From IMG/VR virus record IMGVR_UViG_3300032296_003403, positions 7,300 through 71,299 of that record: 64,000 nucleotides of DNA. One strand, 5' to 3'. Positions 48,174-57,882 of the stretch are shown in pieces. This DNA is from a virus. The notes beneath the pieces were generated by a model. That model saw only the letters and a program-made list of their open reading frames with translations, did no database searches and was not told the DNA's origin. The stretch's first letter is position 1, and every line of letters begins with the position of its first letter. The position numbers and the translations under genes were made by a program.

Positions 48174-49858
48174 TATCTGTTATATAAAGAGTCAATCATA
48201 TTTTTAAAAGATCTAATAGAGATAGGATAACCTCCATTTATAGCAGGATTAGCTTTTCCTATAGTAACAGCCCTTTGCCAACTTTTCTCAGTCCCTAATA
48301 TAAAAGAATCCCCGTATTTTGGATCCAATCTTCCATTTTTTACTATTAAAGGATAGAAAATTAATCCATAAAGAGCATACCTATCGGCTCCAAAAACTCT
48401 ATTACCCTGTGACTTAAAATACTGTTCTACTAGATCTATTTGATCAAAATTGTATTTTGATTTTAAACCTGGGGTTAACACAGCTGGTACATCTAAAATA
48501 TCAGCCAGAGTTTTTAATTCAGGGTATTTTTTTCTTAATCCATCAAATGCTGCGTCTGTAAATTGTATTAGTCCTACTGCTTTTGCTTTGCCATTTTTAG
48601 CCAAAAAAGCCCTTTCCCATTTTCCAGCACTTTCAAAAGCCATGAAAACTAATAGATCTGCTAAATTTAATTTAAAGGGAATAGCAACTTTTTTATTTAA
48701 CTTGTCTATAAACCCTTTTTTTTCTGTGGTGTAAGATGCTACTATTCTTGTAAAATCTGTTCCTCTATTTTTATGGATTTTCAAATACGTTTTTGTAGCA
48801 GCCGTCTCTTCTAGTTTTATATCACTAGCTGTTATTACCAAATTAGAAGTTTCTGCTGTGCCTAAAGAAGATGGGACATCTTCAATTTGTACATTTATTT
48901 GCATTAAATCTTCCCTCTCTGGCAGATCTTCTTCATCCTCTTGTTTTTTATTTGTATTTGGTGGAGGCTCAGGAACTTTTACAGGAATGCTTCCAGTAAC
49001 AGGAGTATCTTTAGGTACTGGAGCACTATCGACTTGCTGTAATGATTGGGATGGGGGAGCCTGTATTTTTGGATCCGTTACTACTACATTTTGTTTTTGA
49101 GGTATTGTATATTTTTGATTGTATGAATCAAAGTTAGTAGAAGCAGCTTGGAATCCTATGTTGTGGCCAGACATCATAACAAAGGATGATCCATCTTTGT
49201 TAATATCTTCAAACCTTACTTCCTTAGATCCAGACACCACTGCTGGATTGTGGGATAGTATGAATATTGGACTTGACTTAGTGTTTGTCCAAGGAGTTTT
49301 GAAACCTAATGTGTTAGCTCCCATCCTTATACTAGTGCCTCTTCTACTTTCAATAGATATATCTCCAGGAGCTTTTACTAATCTTTTTATATCTCCTTTT
49401 GAATCATAGATCCCTGTTACAGATTTCTCATTTGGGTTTATCTTAAAGAAAGAAGAATCTGGTAAAGCGTTCTGTTCAGTAGCATTAAATACAGAGATAA
49501 TATCTGTATAATAATAAGCAGGCTCGTAGTTTCCTAGATTATTTTGAGCTTTCTTTGTTATTAAAGTTTTAATTATAACAGTCTCATTTATTAAAGGGAA
49601 ATGGGTAATGTTACTGTGTAAAGGCCTCGCTATTAGGGGATCACTATTAGGATCATTAAAATTTATAAAAGGTAAAAATTCTATAGCTCCTATATTTTTC
49701 CAACCGCCTAGTTTATTAAACTTTTCTTCATTACTATTATCAAGAAGAACATAAGTTACCCTTGCTATAAAATAACTACTTTGTCCTGGAATACCGGATG
49801 CTACTGTAGTTCCAAGAGCTTGCTTTAAAGCGAATGATATAGTATTCGGTCCTGTCAT
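48173..49858 (-). CDS. Baseplate hub/gp5-like protein with C-terminal lytic transglycosylase (SLT-like) domain
   Basis: PLINETV and GDISIESRRGTSIRMG N-module; C-terminal LVFMAFESAG...AVGLIQFT...QIDLVEQYF. Confidence 0.65.
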   Translation of the reverse strand: MTGPNTISFALKQALGTTVASGIPGQSSYFIARVTYVLLDNSNEEKFNKLGGWKNIGAIEFLPFINFNDPNSDPLIARPLHSNITHFPLINETVIIKTLITKKAQNNLGNYEPAYYYTDIISVFNATEQNALPDSSFFKINPNEKSVTGIYDSKGDIKRLVKAPGDISIESRRGTSIRMGANTLGFKTPWTNTKSSPIFILSHNPAVVSGSKEVRFEDINKDGSSFVMMSGHNIGFQAASTNFDSYNQKYTIPQKQNVVVTDPKIQAPPSQSLQQVDSAPVPKDTPVTGSIPVKVPEPPPNTNKKQEDEEDLPEREDLMQINVQIEDVPSSLGTAETSNLVITASDIKLEETAATKTYLKIHKNRGTDFTRIVASYTTEKKGFIDKLNKKVAIPFKLNLADLLVFMAFESAGKWERAFLAKNGKAKAVGLIQFTDAAFDGLRKKYPELKTLADILDVPAVLTPGLKSKYNFDQIDLVEQYFKSQGNRVFGADRYALYGLIFYPLIVKNGRLDPKYGDSFILGTEKSWQRAVTIGKANPAINGGYPISIRSFKNMIDSLYNR

Positions 49859-50226
49859 TATGCTTCAGGCATATTTTGGCTAGTCAAAGCTTTTTTCTCA
49901 GCTACGGACTCTTGAGCTAATTTTAATAACTCTTCTTTTTCACTTTCGGGAAGTAAGAAATCTCCCGTCTCTTTTCCTCTAGTCATAGCTTTTTGAACTA
50001 TAGCTAACATCTTTATCAGCACATCATCGTTCTTTAAATTCAGATCCATGTAACTAGCTATCAAAGGTACCATCATAACAGCATCCCCTGTATTTTGTAT
50101 CAGGTCTCTAAGCTGTTCAATCATATCAGTGATCTGCTTTTCCTTGTTGCTAGACCTATCGTAAACCTCCTTTAATAGATCGGAAAACTTTTTTTTACCG
50201 AAAACTACTTGATCAAAATCTGACAT
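49858..50226 (-). CDS. Conserved hypothetical protein
   Basis: VPLIASYMD..LKNDD.LIKM.AIVQ; late motif upstream. Confidence 0.6.
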   Translation of the reverse strand: MSDFDQVVFGKKKFSDLLKEVYDRSSNKEKQITDMIEQLRDLIQNTGDAVMMVPLIASYMDLNLKNDDVLIKMLAIVQKAMTRGKETGDFLLPESEKEELLKLAQESVAEKKALTSQNMPEA

Positions 50227-50237
50227 ATTTATCCTTT

Positions 50238-51017
50238 TTAATAAATATGATTTTCGTCGGTTTCTAACTCTCCCTCCATGTATATAACGTTTAATTGCGT
50301 TTTATAGACGGATTTAAGCGTTTTTATGACTTTTGTTACGTTTGATGTGTTTTGTCCTGTTATCTCCCTTACGTAGAGGTAAAAATGCTGTTTATTGAAA
50401 ACTTCAAGGTTTTCTCTCCTCTTAAAGATTTGAAGCACTGCGTATGCTATAGATTTGTCAGCTTCGAGAGAAAATAAGGATTCTATGTTCTCATCAACAT
50501 ACTTTACATAAGAATCTATGAATTGAGACAACTCAACGTTATCTCCCTCCCTTACTATCTCTGTATACACTTTCTTATCATCATCAACCTCTTCAATAGC
50601 CCCTCTTATTTTCATTTGTTTATAATTATTTTCATTATAAACTATAAGATACCTTTTTGCTATGGTACCAAAATATGAGAAGGCTTTTCCTTTTTCTGGA
50701 TTGTAATGATGGAGTTTGTCCAATAAAAAAGCCACGACCTCGTGTTTCAGATCTTCTACATTTGTCATTTCAGTGTAGTAGAACTTAAAGGTGTGGATTA
50801 TAAACTCAGCTAATTTATGAAAACTATAATCTATCTTCTCATTAAATAATCTATTTCTTTCTACAGGATCCTCTGATTTTAGATATGCTACTATCGCATC
50901 TTCAGTATCCTTTGTGAAGTACTCTCTAGATTTTTTTCTTCTTCTCTTTCTAAGCTTTCCTGATTTCGTATAAAGTTCCGGGTCTAATTCTTCCCTCTCT
51001 TTCTTTTTCCTCGGCAT
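50238..51017 (-). CDS. Putative late sigma factor, T4 gp55-like
   Basis: YFTKDTEDAI, EDLKHEVV and YNPEKGKAFSYFGTIAKRYLI (sigma region-2-like, cf. gp55 NPFAYFT). Confidence 0.65.
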   Translation of the reverse strand: MPRKKKEREELDPELYTKSGKLRKRRRKKSREYFTKDTEDAIVAYLKSEDPVERNRLFNEKIDYSFHKLAEFIIHTFKFYYTEMTNVEDLKHEVVAFLLDKLHHYNPEKGKAFSYFGTIAKRYLIVYNENNYKQMKIRGAIEEVDDDKKVYTEIVREGDNVELSQFIDSYVKYVDENIESLFSLEADKSIAYAVLQIFKRRENLEVFNKQHFYLYVREITGQNTSNVTKVIKTLKSVYKTQLNVIYMEGELETDENHIY

Positions 51018-51060
51018 TAAAAATAGTTATAATATTATTTAATGTCATAACCTTTATTTT

Positions 51061-51339
51061 TTAGTTTAAATAATTTTTTGTGTAACCGTCTATTGTTATA
51101 ATAATTTCTTTTAATTTCTTAAAGAAGAAACCAACTTCATCATCAGATTCAAAAGCCTGCATAGTGTCCAGCTTTTCTAATTCTCTGTAAGATTGCTCGC
51201 TGACCTCTTTTAATTTTTTAATAAACTCATCTTTTAGAAGTATGTCTGCTTCATACTTCTCAACTTTGTTTAATAAATTAACTATTACAAATATAGAAAC
51301 TACTAATAAAATTAATGAAAAAATTAGAATTGTCAACAT
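51061..51339 (-). CDS. Small membrane-anchored protein
   Basis: N-terminal TM; FESDDEVGFFF. Confidence 0.65.
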   Translation of the reverse strand: MLTILIFSLILLVVSIFVIVNLLNKVEKYEADILLKDEFIKKLKEVSEQSYRELEKLDTMQAFESDDEVGFFFKKLKEIIITIDGYTKNYLN

Positions 51340-51356
51340 ATTTACTCAATATTATT

Positions 51357-51977
51357 TTATTCTGTCTTAGAAGCTATCAAATCCGCCTGATGCAGCACAT
51401 ACGGGAGATCAGTCTTCAAAGCATAATCTTCACTGTAAGATATAAAGTAAGCCTTGTTAGAATCTTCATATAATCCATCATGCAGCTTTATACCTAAATA
51501 CTCTTTCTCAGACATTTTAATGCCTCTAGATTGCAAAACCATCAATGACCTCTCCGCTACCTTCATGTACTGAATAGATGGATTTATAACGTATTTCTGG
51601 CCTTTCTTAAGCATCCACTGTTCCTCACAGGGAACATAATAATCCTGATCCTCAGTACCTATTTTCCCTAAATCATGACATATAGCAGAGAAGTACATTT
51701 CTTCTGGGGTAAAATCAAGATCCTTTCCTTTCATCTTCTTCCAAGCATCTGAAACTAGTCCAACTGCCTTTATAACATTCAGAACATGTAACACATATCC
51801 TCCTGGAAAACAATTATGATAGCTTACTTTCATTGATGCAGGAGCAGTTACGATCCTACTATACCAATCTTCATGTAAACCTAGAAGTTGCTCTTTCCTT
51901 CCCCCAGTAATTTTAGTTTCAATAACTTTTGCAAGAACTTCATAGTTCTCAGATAACTGAGTTGCATTTAATTCCAT
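51357..51977 (-). CDS. HD-domain phosphohydrolase
   Basis: APAS, HNCFPGGYVLHV, CHDLGKIG, IKLHDG and LHQAD. Confidence 0.88.
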   Translation of the reverse strand: MELNATQLSENYEVLAKVIETKITGGRKEQLLGLHEDWYSRIVTAPASMKVSYHNCFPGGYVLHVLNVIKAVGLVSDAWKKMKGKDLDFTPEEMYFSAICHDLGKIGTEDQDYYVPCEEQWMLKKGQKYVINPSIQYMKVAERSLMVLQSRGIKMSEKEYLGIKLHDGLYEDSNKAYFISYSEDYALKTDLPYVLHQADLIASKTE

Positions 51978-51995
51978 AACCTTTATTTTAAAAAA

Positions 51996-52196
51996 TTAAA
52001 GGCCTCTATAGGGCCTGTCTAAATTGTTTCCTTGTTCGCTTTGTACTATGCTCTCTAATTGATCAAGCATTTCCTCTAAATTATCAAATTGATTTTCAAG
52101 AGCATCTGTATCACACCTATATGCGCTTGATTTTATGTTTACAAGATAGTTTTTAATTTGGTCTATCCTGTTTAATACGTTATCTTTGTTAATCAT
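51996..52196 (-). CDS. Small hypothetical protein
   Basis: 66-aa helical ORF with upstream TATTTATA motif. Confidence 0.5.
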   Translation of the reverse strand: MINKDNVLNRIDQIKNYLVNIKSSAYRCDTDALENQFDNLEEMLDQLESIVQSEQGNNLDRPYRGL

Positions 52197-52261
52197 GCTT
52201 ACTTATTTACTTTATATTATATATAAATATATACTAATAGTATATTATATATTTATTAGTA

Positions 52262-52319
52262 GCGCGGGCACCGCGACCGTGCTAGCCCCGTCAACGGGGA
52301 CTATATATAATGCTAGCGC
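52262..52319. other. GC-rich multi-hairpin element in an AT-rich divergent intergenic region
   Basis: CGCGG/CCGCG, CCCCG-TCAA-CGGGG and GCTAGC/GCTAGC stems. Confidence 0.55.
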
Positions 52320-52323
52320 ATTA

Positions 52324-52355
52324 CAAATGTATGTAGATATAAAATACCAACCAAA
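52324..52355 (-). promoter_or_regulatory. Canonical Bacteroidota sigma promoter (-33 TTTG, -7 TACATTTG)
   Basis: Minus strand TTTG-N20-TACATTTG matches the TTTG/TAnnTTTG consensus and spacing. Confidence 0.7.
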
Positions 52356-52378
52356 TTTTTTATTAAAAATTTATACAC

Positions 52379-52936
52379 ATGTTAATAGATTTTTCTAAAT
52401 TAGAAAAGACAGATATAAAAAAACCTTCATATAAGAAGAAAAAATCAGCTAAAAATATAGTTTCTAATGGTAATTTGACTTCCAAAGATATAATAAAATC
52501 TCTGAGATTGAGGTTTATAAACCATAAATATATTATAAATAATGCTTATATTTTTGAATGGGAGAGTGATTTTTTCTCAGTATCTGAGAGTGGTTACGTT
52601 TATGAAATAGAAATTAAGGTTACTAGAGGAGATTTTAAGGATGATTTCAATAAAACTTCTAAACATATGCTACTATCAGAGTCAAAAGACACTAAAAATA
52701 ACATAAAAAGACCAAATAAATTCTTCTATGCAGCTCCAAAAGGGCTGTTAAATACTATAGAAATTCCAGAATATGCAGGATTAATTGAAGTGGAATCTAT
52801 CTCAGAATTAAAAATAACTAAAGAAGCTCCTTTTTTACACAGAGAAAATTCCCTAAATTTGCTAAAAGATGTACTTTTAGATAAATTTTATTACAGATAC
52901 AGAGATTTTATACTAAAAGAAGAGGAAAATTTTTAA
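52379..52936 (+). CDS. PD-(D/E)xK nuclease-like protein (MmcB-like)
   Basis: WESDFF..SESGYVYEIEIKVTRGDFKDDF, PNKFFYAAP and IPEYAGLI. Confidence 0.7.
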   Translation: MLIDFSKLEKTDIKKPSYKKKKSAKNIVSNGNLTSKDIIKSLRLRFINHKYIINNAYIFEWESDFFSVSESGYVYEIEIKVTRGDFKDDFNKTSKHMLLSESKDTKNNIKRPNKFFYAAPKGLLNTIEIPEYAGLIEVESISELKITKEAPFLHRENSLNLLKDVLLDKFYYRYRDFILKEEENF

Positions 52937-52944
52937 AAAAAATT

Positions 52945-53217
52945 ATGGAAAATACTAGAATTTTTATAGAAAATTTAGAGAAATTAGTAGAAGAAGCTGA
53001 TGAATGTACTCTTTCTAACTTCACATATGATCTTTTTGACTGCTTTTATTTCGATATTGTAGCAGAAAAAGATAAAATACCTGCTAAAAACTTAATAGAA
53101 GGATATATTTCAGAGATAGTAAACTCTCTAGAAATAATGAATCCCGAGCTAGAAGAGGACATTAGAATGCTAAATAAAGCCCTAACAGAGCTAGAGCTTT
53201 ATCTAGAATCTATTTAG
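52945..53217 (+). CDS. Acidic hypothetical protein
   Basis: 90-aa ORF following the nuclease gene. Confidence 0.55.
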   Translation: MENTRIFIENLEKLVEEADECTLSNFTYDLFDCFYFDIVAEKDKIPAKNLIEGYISEIVNSLEIMNPELEEDIRMLNKALTELELYLESI

Positions 53218-53963
53218 AATACTGGAATCCCTTTATCTAATATAAGGAGCCTCATTCTAAATTTGTAAGTTTTGGTAGGGAATGAAGCCCCTATACTCAT
53301 TAACCAAGTAAAGTATATAGGACTATTCAATGTTGGATTTAGATCTATAGTAAAAGGAGCAGCTTGAGCTACATACAAAGTTCCTCCGTCCATTATTTCT
53401 GTAGGAGTGTTTGATATAGCCCCAGCAGACATTACTTTAAAATCTTTACCCCCAGGATTGTATGTACCAGCTTGACTATTATACATTAAATCAGATATAT
53501 ATTGTCCGCTTGTAGCTGATCCTCCGTCTGTTTGAAACGCTACTCCTAAAGAAACGTATGATACGGTAGGACCGTTAGTATTGTTATCATATGCTGGGAA
53601 ATCAGAGCCAGTGAAATTAGTATACACCTCATAATGAGTTATCTCAGCGTTTCTCCACAGGCTTTTAAATGTCGCATATTTTGCGGACGGAGCAGAAGCT
53701 GTTGGATACAATACCAACTTTCCTCCGTCTAAACCAGCTCCGAATACAGATGCTGTAAAAGGAGTTCCTACACCTGCAAAAAATGATCTACTTCCTGATT
53801 CATGATTTATTATCATGTCATCAAAATCTATTGCATAGGTAATTCCTGGTGAGCTAACATACCCACTTAAAACAGTTACAGATCCTGAAACTAAAGTCAC
53901 TGATCCTGTTTCTATTGTTATGGATCCTGTTAGATTTAAAGATCCTGATAGTTGAAGTCCCAT
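53214..53963 (-). CDS. Putative virion fibre/decoration protein (SGS/TGS repeats)
   Basis: LSGSLNLTGSITIETGSV N-terminal repeats. Confidence 0.55.
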   Translation of the reverse strand: MGLQLSGSLNLTGSITIETGSVTLVSGSVTVLSGYVSSPGITYAIDFDDMIINHESGSRSFFAGVGTPFTASVFGAGLDGGKLVLYPTASAPSAKYATFKSLWRNAEITHYEVYTNFTGSDFPAYDNNTNGPTVSYVSLGVAFQTDGGSATSGQYISDLMYNSQAGTYNPGGKDFKVMSAGAISNTPTEIMDGGTLYVAQAAPFTIDLNPTLNSPIYFTWLMSIGASFPTKTYKFRMRLLILDKGIPVF

Positions 53964-53985
53964 TTATTTAAATATTATAGTTTTA

Positions 53986-54687
53986 TTAGGTTATTCTTAT
54001 TAAAACAAAGTTTCCATTTCTATAGAGACCTCCTACAGGAACTCCATTTGCTGCAGCTTCGGTATCATCAGCAAAATTCAGGCTTTCAGAAACCTTAGTT
54101 AGAATAACAAAACCATTTTGTGTAAACGATCCTGTTACTGCAAGACTACCTGTTATTACAGCACTCCCTGAATAAGGGAATATTACAAATTCACCGGATT
54201 TAGCAGGCAGATAATAATTGTAATAAGTTGATCCCCAATTACTGCCTGTCATAATAAGTCCAGTACCTACCCCATTACTTATAGCTAAATATGGACCGAA
54301 AGGATTATTGTAGCCTATTCTTGCATAAGTTAAACTGTTGCCACTTTCAGCACTTATATAAGCATTATTATTATTTGTGTAATCTCTTGCTATTATTGAA
54401 CTATCATATGCAAAAAATCCTGAATAGCCTGCTTCTGGATAAGCTGTGATTGATCCACTTACCGACAAAGACCCAGTTTGTGAAATGGAACCAGAAACTA
54501 ATAAGGATCCTGTAACAACAGTAGGCCCTAAAGATCCTGTCTGATAACTTTTTAGGAATGATCCTGTCTGCTCTTGAGTTATAAAAGATCCTGTATTTGT
54601 TGATAGACCATATAGGTAATCTAAGTTACCGTCTCCTTCCTCAAATGTTAATGGAGTTCCTTTTACTAATCTTTTTACTAATGCCAT
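53986..54687 (-). CDS. Putative virion fibre protein
   Basis: R.VKGTPLTFEEGDGN N-motif, TGSL repeats, C-terminal FADDTEAAANGVPVGGLYRNG. Confidence 0.6.
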   Translation of the reverse strand: MALVKRLVKGTPLTFEEGDGNLDYLYGLSTNTGSFITQEQTGSFLKSYQTGSLGPTVVTGSLLVSGSISQTGSLSVSGSITAYPEAGYSGFFAYDSSIIARDYTNNNNAYISAESGNSLTYARIGYNNPFGPYLAISNGVGTGLIMTGSNWGSTYYNYYLPAKSGEFVIFPYSGSAVITGSLAVTGSFTQNGFVILTKVSESLNFADDTEAAANGVPVGGLYRNGNFVLIRIT

Positions 54688-54705
54688 TTTATTCTATATT
54701 ATTTT

Positions 54706-55578
54706 TTATGATTCACCAAAATAACCTTCGTCATGGTAACCAAGATTTGTATCATCACCATAGTAGTAATCATCTACTGTTCCACAGAAAACAAGGTTTC
54801 CTGAAACCACATTTACGTTAATTGTAGCCGCAAAAACTTTTCCTTGAGTGCTAATGTTTAAGAACTTAGCAGGATTAGCTCTACCACATCTAGAAGTAAA
54901 GTCTCCTGTAAACATGCCTCTTCCGAATACCACATCAGCTTCAGTAACATAATCTTCTACTGTAACCCAAAGATTATCCCCTTCAGTAACTTTAATTTCG
55001 CCTCTTCTACCTATATAGAAAACACCTCCACTATGATATTGAAGTTCCCAATCTGTTATAAATGTTTTCCAGGTAACTCCTTCGTCTATGCTATAGTAAA
55101 TATTAATTCTGCCTGTAGAAGCTTCTTTTCTTTGGAGAGCTATTTGCAGTTCATAAGTTGCCGGACCAGCAACAACATTTGAATCAGAGTTAGGAGGGAT
55201 CACAGAAGACAAAGAACCTCCAGCGTTAGTAGTTCTTCTATCGCTAGTTATATTTCCACTGCCCCCTGTTGATACTTGAGGATAAGTAGAGAATATTCCT
55301 GAACTGTTAAATTCAAAAGGCCTATAGAAAGATCCTTTCCTAGAAATATCAGGAACTGGTAGTTTAATACTAGCATTTGGATTAGAGTACAAAGAAGTTT
55401 TCTTGCCTAAATCTTGTCTAACTAACTCTTCCTTCTTGTAAAAATTAGAAGTTTTCTTGTCTAAAGGATCTTGTTTGACAACTTGGCCTGTAGTAAGTGT
55501 TGTACTCTTACTCTCCAAACTCTCTTTCTTCTTTGCTTCGTCCTTATATAAGAAAGATTTTAAATCCTCTAAAGCCAT
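54706..55578 (-). CDS. Hypothetical (probably virion) protein
   Basis: 290 aa; Asp-box YSIDEGVTWK; late motif upstream. Confidence 0.55.
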   Translation of the reverse strand: MALEDLKSFLYKDEAKKKESLESKSTTLTTGQVVKQDPLDKKTSNFYKKEELVRQDLGKKTSLYSNPNASIKLPVPDISRKGSFYRPFEFNSSGIFSTYPQVSTGGSGNITSDRRTTNAGGSLSSVIPPNSDSNVVAGPATYELQIALQRKEASTGRINIYYSIDEGVTWKTFITDWELQYHSGGVFYIGRRGEIKVTEGDNLWVTVEDYVTEADVVFGRGMFTGDFTSRCGRANPAKFLNISTQGKVFAATINVNVVSGNLVFCGTVDDYYYGDDTNLGYHDEGYFGES

Positions 55579-55641
55579 TGTGGTCTATTTGTATATAAAT
55601 AGATAAATTAATTGAAAAATTAAATATTTATAGAAAAAGTC

Positions 55642-55776
55642 ATGGCAGCAAAAAAAGGATCAGGTTCAAAGGAAGCAGTAAAAATCACTTTCGGTAAAAG
55701 AAAATTAGGCGCAGCAAAAAAATCATACAATAAACACACTCCAAGGCCAAAGGCATACAGAGGTCAAGGAAGATAA
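55642..55776 (+). CDS. Small basic protein ending in YRGQGR (absent from ORF track)
   Basis: MAAKKGSGSKEAVKITFGKRKLGAAKKSYNKHTPRPKAYRGQGR; TATTTATA motif 9 nt upstream. Confidence 0.75.
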   Translation: MAAKKGSGSKEAVKITFGKRKLGAAKKSYNKHTPRPKAYRGQGR

Positions 55777-55786
55777 AAATAAAGAC

Positions 55787-55963
55787 ATGGACACAATAGG
55801 ATTAATTATCGTAGGAGGGCTCGTTGTACTCTCAATAGTTGCTATAATCTCCCTTGCTTTTGATAAGAAAAAGAAAGACGATGTAAAAGGAGGCAGCAGC
55901 AGTGGCGGAGGAGTATCTCCATCTAATCCAAGCTCTAGCTCTAACGAAGAGTCCTTAAACTAA
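55787..55963 (+). CDS. Small single-TM protein (absent from ORF track)
   Basis: MDTIGLIIVGGLVVLSIVAIISLAFDKKKK followed by a Gly/Ser tail. Confidence 0.65.
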   Translation: MDTIGLIIVGGLVVLSIVAIISLAFDKKKKDDVKGGSSSGGGVSPSNPSSSSNEESLN

Positions 55964-55979
55964 AAGAGACCTAGTATTT

Positions 55980-56252
55980 CTAGGCCTCTCCTTTAACAGC
56001 ATCTCTTAGATCCGAGAGCTGATTTTGCATTTTCAGTACTTTGTTCATCAGATCAGAAATCTGATCATATGCCTTTTCATCATCCTCATACTTTGTCTCT
56101 AGCTTAGAGATCGCCTTATAGGCTCTCTCCATATCAGCTTCAAGTTTATCAACAACAGCAGGTTGATTCAAAAGATCATCCACAGTAACAGACAAGAATC
56201 TGTTAGTCAGAAGTTCTAATACCTTCTCACTATTTTGAATATCCGGATTCAA
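55980..56252 (-). CDS. Hypothetical helical protein
   Basis: TTG start directly after the upstream stop. Confidence 0.55.
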   Translation of the reverse strand: MNPDIQNSEKVLELLTNRFLSVTVDDLLNQPAVVDKLEADMERAYKAISKLETKYEDDEKAYDQISDLMNKVLKMQNQLSDLRDAVKGEA

Positions 56253-56253
56253 A

Positions 56254-56631
56254 TTACTTTCTATTAATTCTATTGAAAGCTTCTTTCAGATCAGGAAGAT
56301 TCATTTTTTCAGCATCGTCAGCTGATACATCAGGAGTTTCAGAATCTTTACCAGCTTTAACACCAGCGATTCTCTCAAGGTTAGCCATGATGCTATTCCA
56401 ACCGCTCTTATCTTCAATTCCCTTCATAGAAGGTTCGTTAGCTAAAATCTCTTTAATCAAATCAAGGATAGCAAGCGCTAAATCTTTTTGATTAGCAATA
56501 CTAGCGTTGATCCTAGCAAGGATAGCATCAGGGAGATTGTATTTAGCTCCATCATACTCTTCTTTTACAGTGCCAGCTATGTTAGCAGCAATTTCCGAAA
56601 TTCTCTTTTTAAATTCTTGTTCGTTTCTCAT
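56254..56631 (-). CDS. Hypothetical protein
   Basis: 125 aa; late motif upstream; C-terminal LKEAFNRI. Confidence 0.6.
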   Translation of the reverse strand: MRNEQEFKKRISEIAANIAGTVKEEYDGAKYNLPDAILARINASIANQKDLALAILDLIKEILANEPSMKGIEDKSGWNSIMANLERIAGVKAGKDSETPDVSADDAEKMNLPDLKEAFNRINRK

Positions 56632-56662
56632 TATTGTCTATTATATACTATAAATATTAATT

Positions 56663-57277
56663 TTATCTTGATCTAGAGAGGTTAAACCTAGAAACTCTTT
56701 TCTCAGCATCGTCTTTGTTATAAACAGATGGTTCTTCAGGATAATCAAAAATGGGATGGCTCCCATTTATGGGAATATCTCCTCCATATAATATGCCGGA
56801 GGACTTAGGGCCTTTGTTAGGGACATATCCAGATACTGACTTCGCTTCCCTGTCCATTATAGCATTATATATCCTCTGCCTCTTGGTAGAGTCAGCAGTA
56901 TCAGGCTTATTTTCTTCCTTGCCTATAATCCCTTTCCAGAATACATACTCTGGTTTGTATTCCTTAATAAAATCCTTCAAAGCCTCAATAACAGTAGCAA
57001 GAATCTTCCCAAAGTTCTCACCTCCAACCTCAGTATCCCCTGTTGTGTTAGCTTGTACAGGGAAGAAAGTAAGCTCAGTAGCCCAGTTATGCTTCTGGTC
57101 CTGCTGTTTATTCCTGCCAGCCCACTTAGAGGTAAACCTAACATAATACTTTCTTTTGGTATCCGTCTCAAAGTTATAGTCTACGTAGTTGTCAAACTTC
57201 CCTTCTTTATTCTCCTTCGGAGCCTCAAGAGTATAGGAAGCAGTAGCAATCTCTTTAAGAAGCAAAATAAATCTCAT
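56663..57277 (-). CDS. Hypothetical protein, paralogue of 57274..57882
   Basis: KILATV...FIKEYKPEYVFWKG...RQRIY. Confidence 0.65.
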   Translation of the reverse strand: MRFILLLKEIATASYTLEAPKENKEGKFDNYVDYNFETDTKRKYYVRFTSKWAGRNKQQDQKHNWATELTFFPVQANTTGDTEVGGENFGKILATVIEALKDFIKEYKPEYVFWKGIIGKEENKPDTADSTKRQRIYNAIMDREAKSVSGYVPNKGPKSSGILYGGDIPINGSHPIFDYPEEPSVYNKDDAEKRVSRFNLSRSR

Positions 57278-57882
57278 TTTACAGGGTAATTAAAAATTTT
57301 ATGATGGCCAGGAACTGGCAGCTCCTTATTATAAAAAATATCCATGTTATAACCAGACCTGTTATAATCATAGTCTGGAAAATCCTTAGCCATCTTAGAA
57401 AGAATCCTATCGTATATCCTATCCCTGATAGTAGTAGCTTTAACTACATCTGCTTTCCTATCCGGATCAGACAAAGCAGCCATCTCCTTACCGGAGAGAG
57501 ATCCGGAATAGGTAAGAAACTCCGGTTTAAACTCCTCTATAAAAGCCCTAACAGCCTTAGCAACAGTGTACAGGATGGCAATAGCATCCTTCTCCCCAGT
57601 TTCAGAATACTTGTCGTCAGACCCAAAAAAAGCATATAACTCCTCATCATCTTCTCCCCTGACCTTATCAAAGCTTACAGTAGTTTCCCACTTGTGGTCA
57701 GAAGCCCCGGAAAGAAACTCAGATTCAAATACAACTTCATAGTCTACACCAGCTCCGCTGGTAAAAAAATACTTAACCTCATTTTTTCTAGGGGCAGACT
57801 TAACAATCTTAGCAGGACTGAGATCATAGGTAGTTTCTCCTATTTCCTTTAACATTTCAAATAAAATACTAGTAAATCTCAT
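57274..57882 (-). CDS. Hypothetical protein, paralogue of 56663..57277
   Basis: TGEKDAIAILYTV...FIEEFKPEFLTYSG...RDRIY. Confidence 0.65.
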   Translation of the reverse strand: MRFTSILFEMLKEIGETTYDLSPAKIVKSAPRKNEVKYFFTSGAGVDYEVVFESEFLSGASDHKWETTVSFDKVRGEDDEELYAFFGSDDKYSETGEKDAIAILYTVAKAVRAFIEEFKPEFLTYSGSLSGKEMAALSDPDRKADVVKATTIRDRIYDRILSKMAKDFPDYDYNRSGYNMDIFYNKELPVPGHHKIFNYPVK

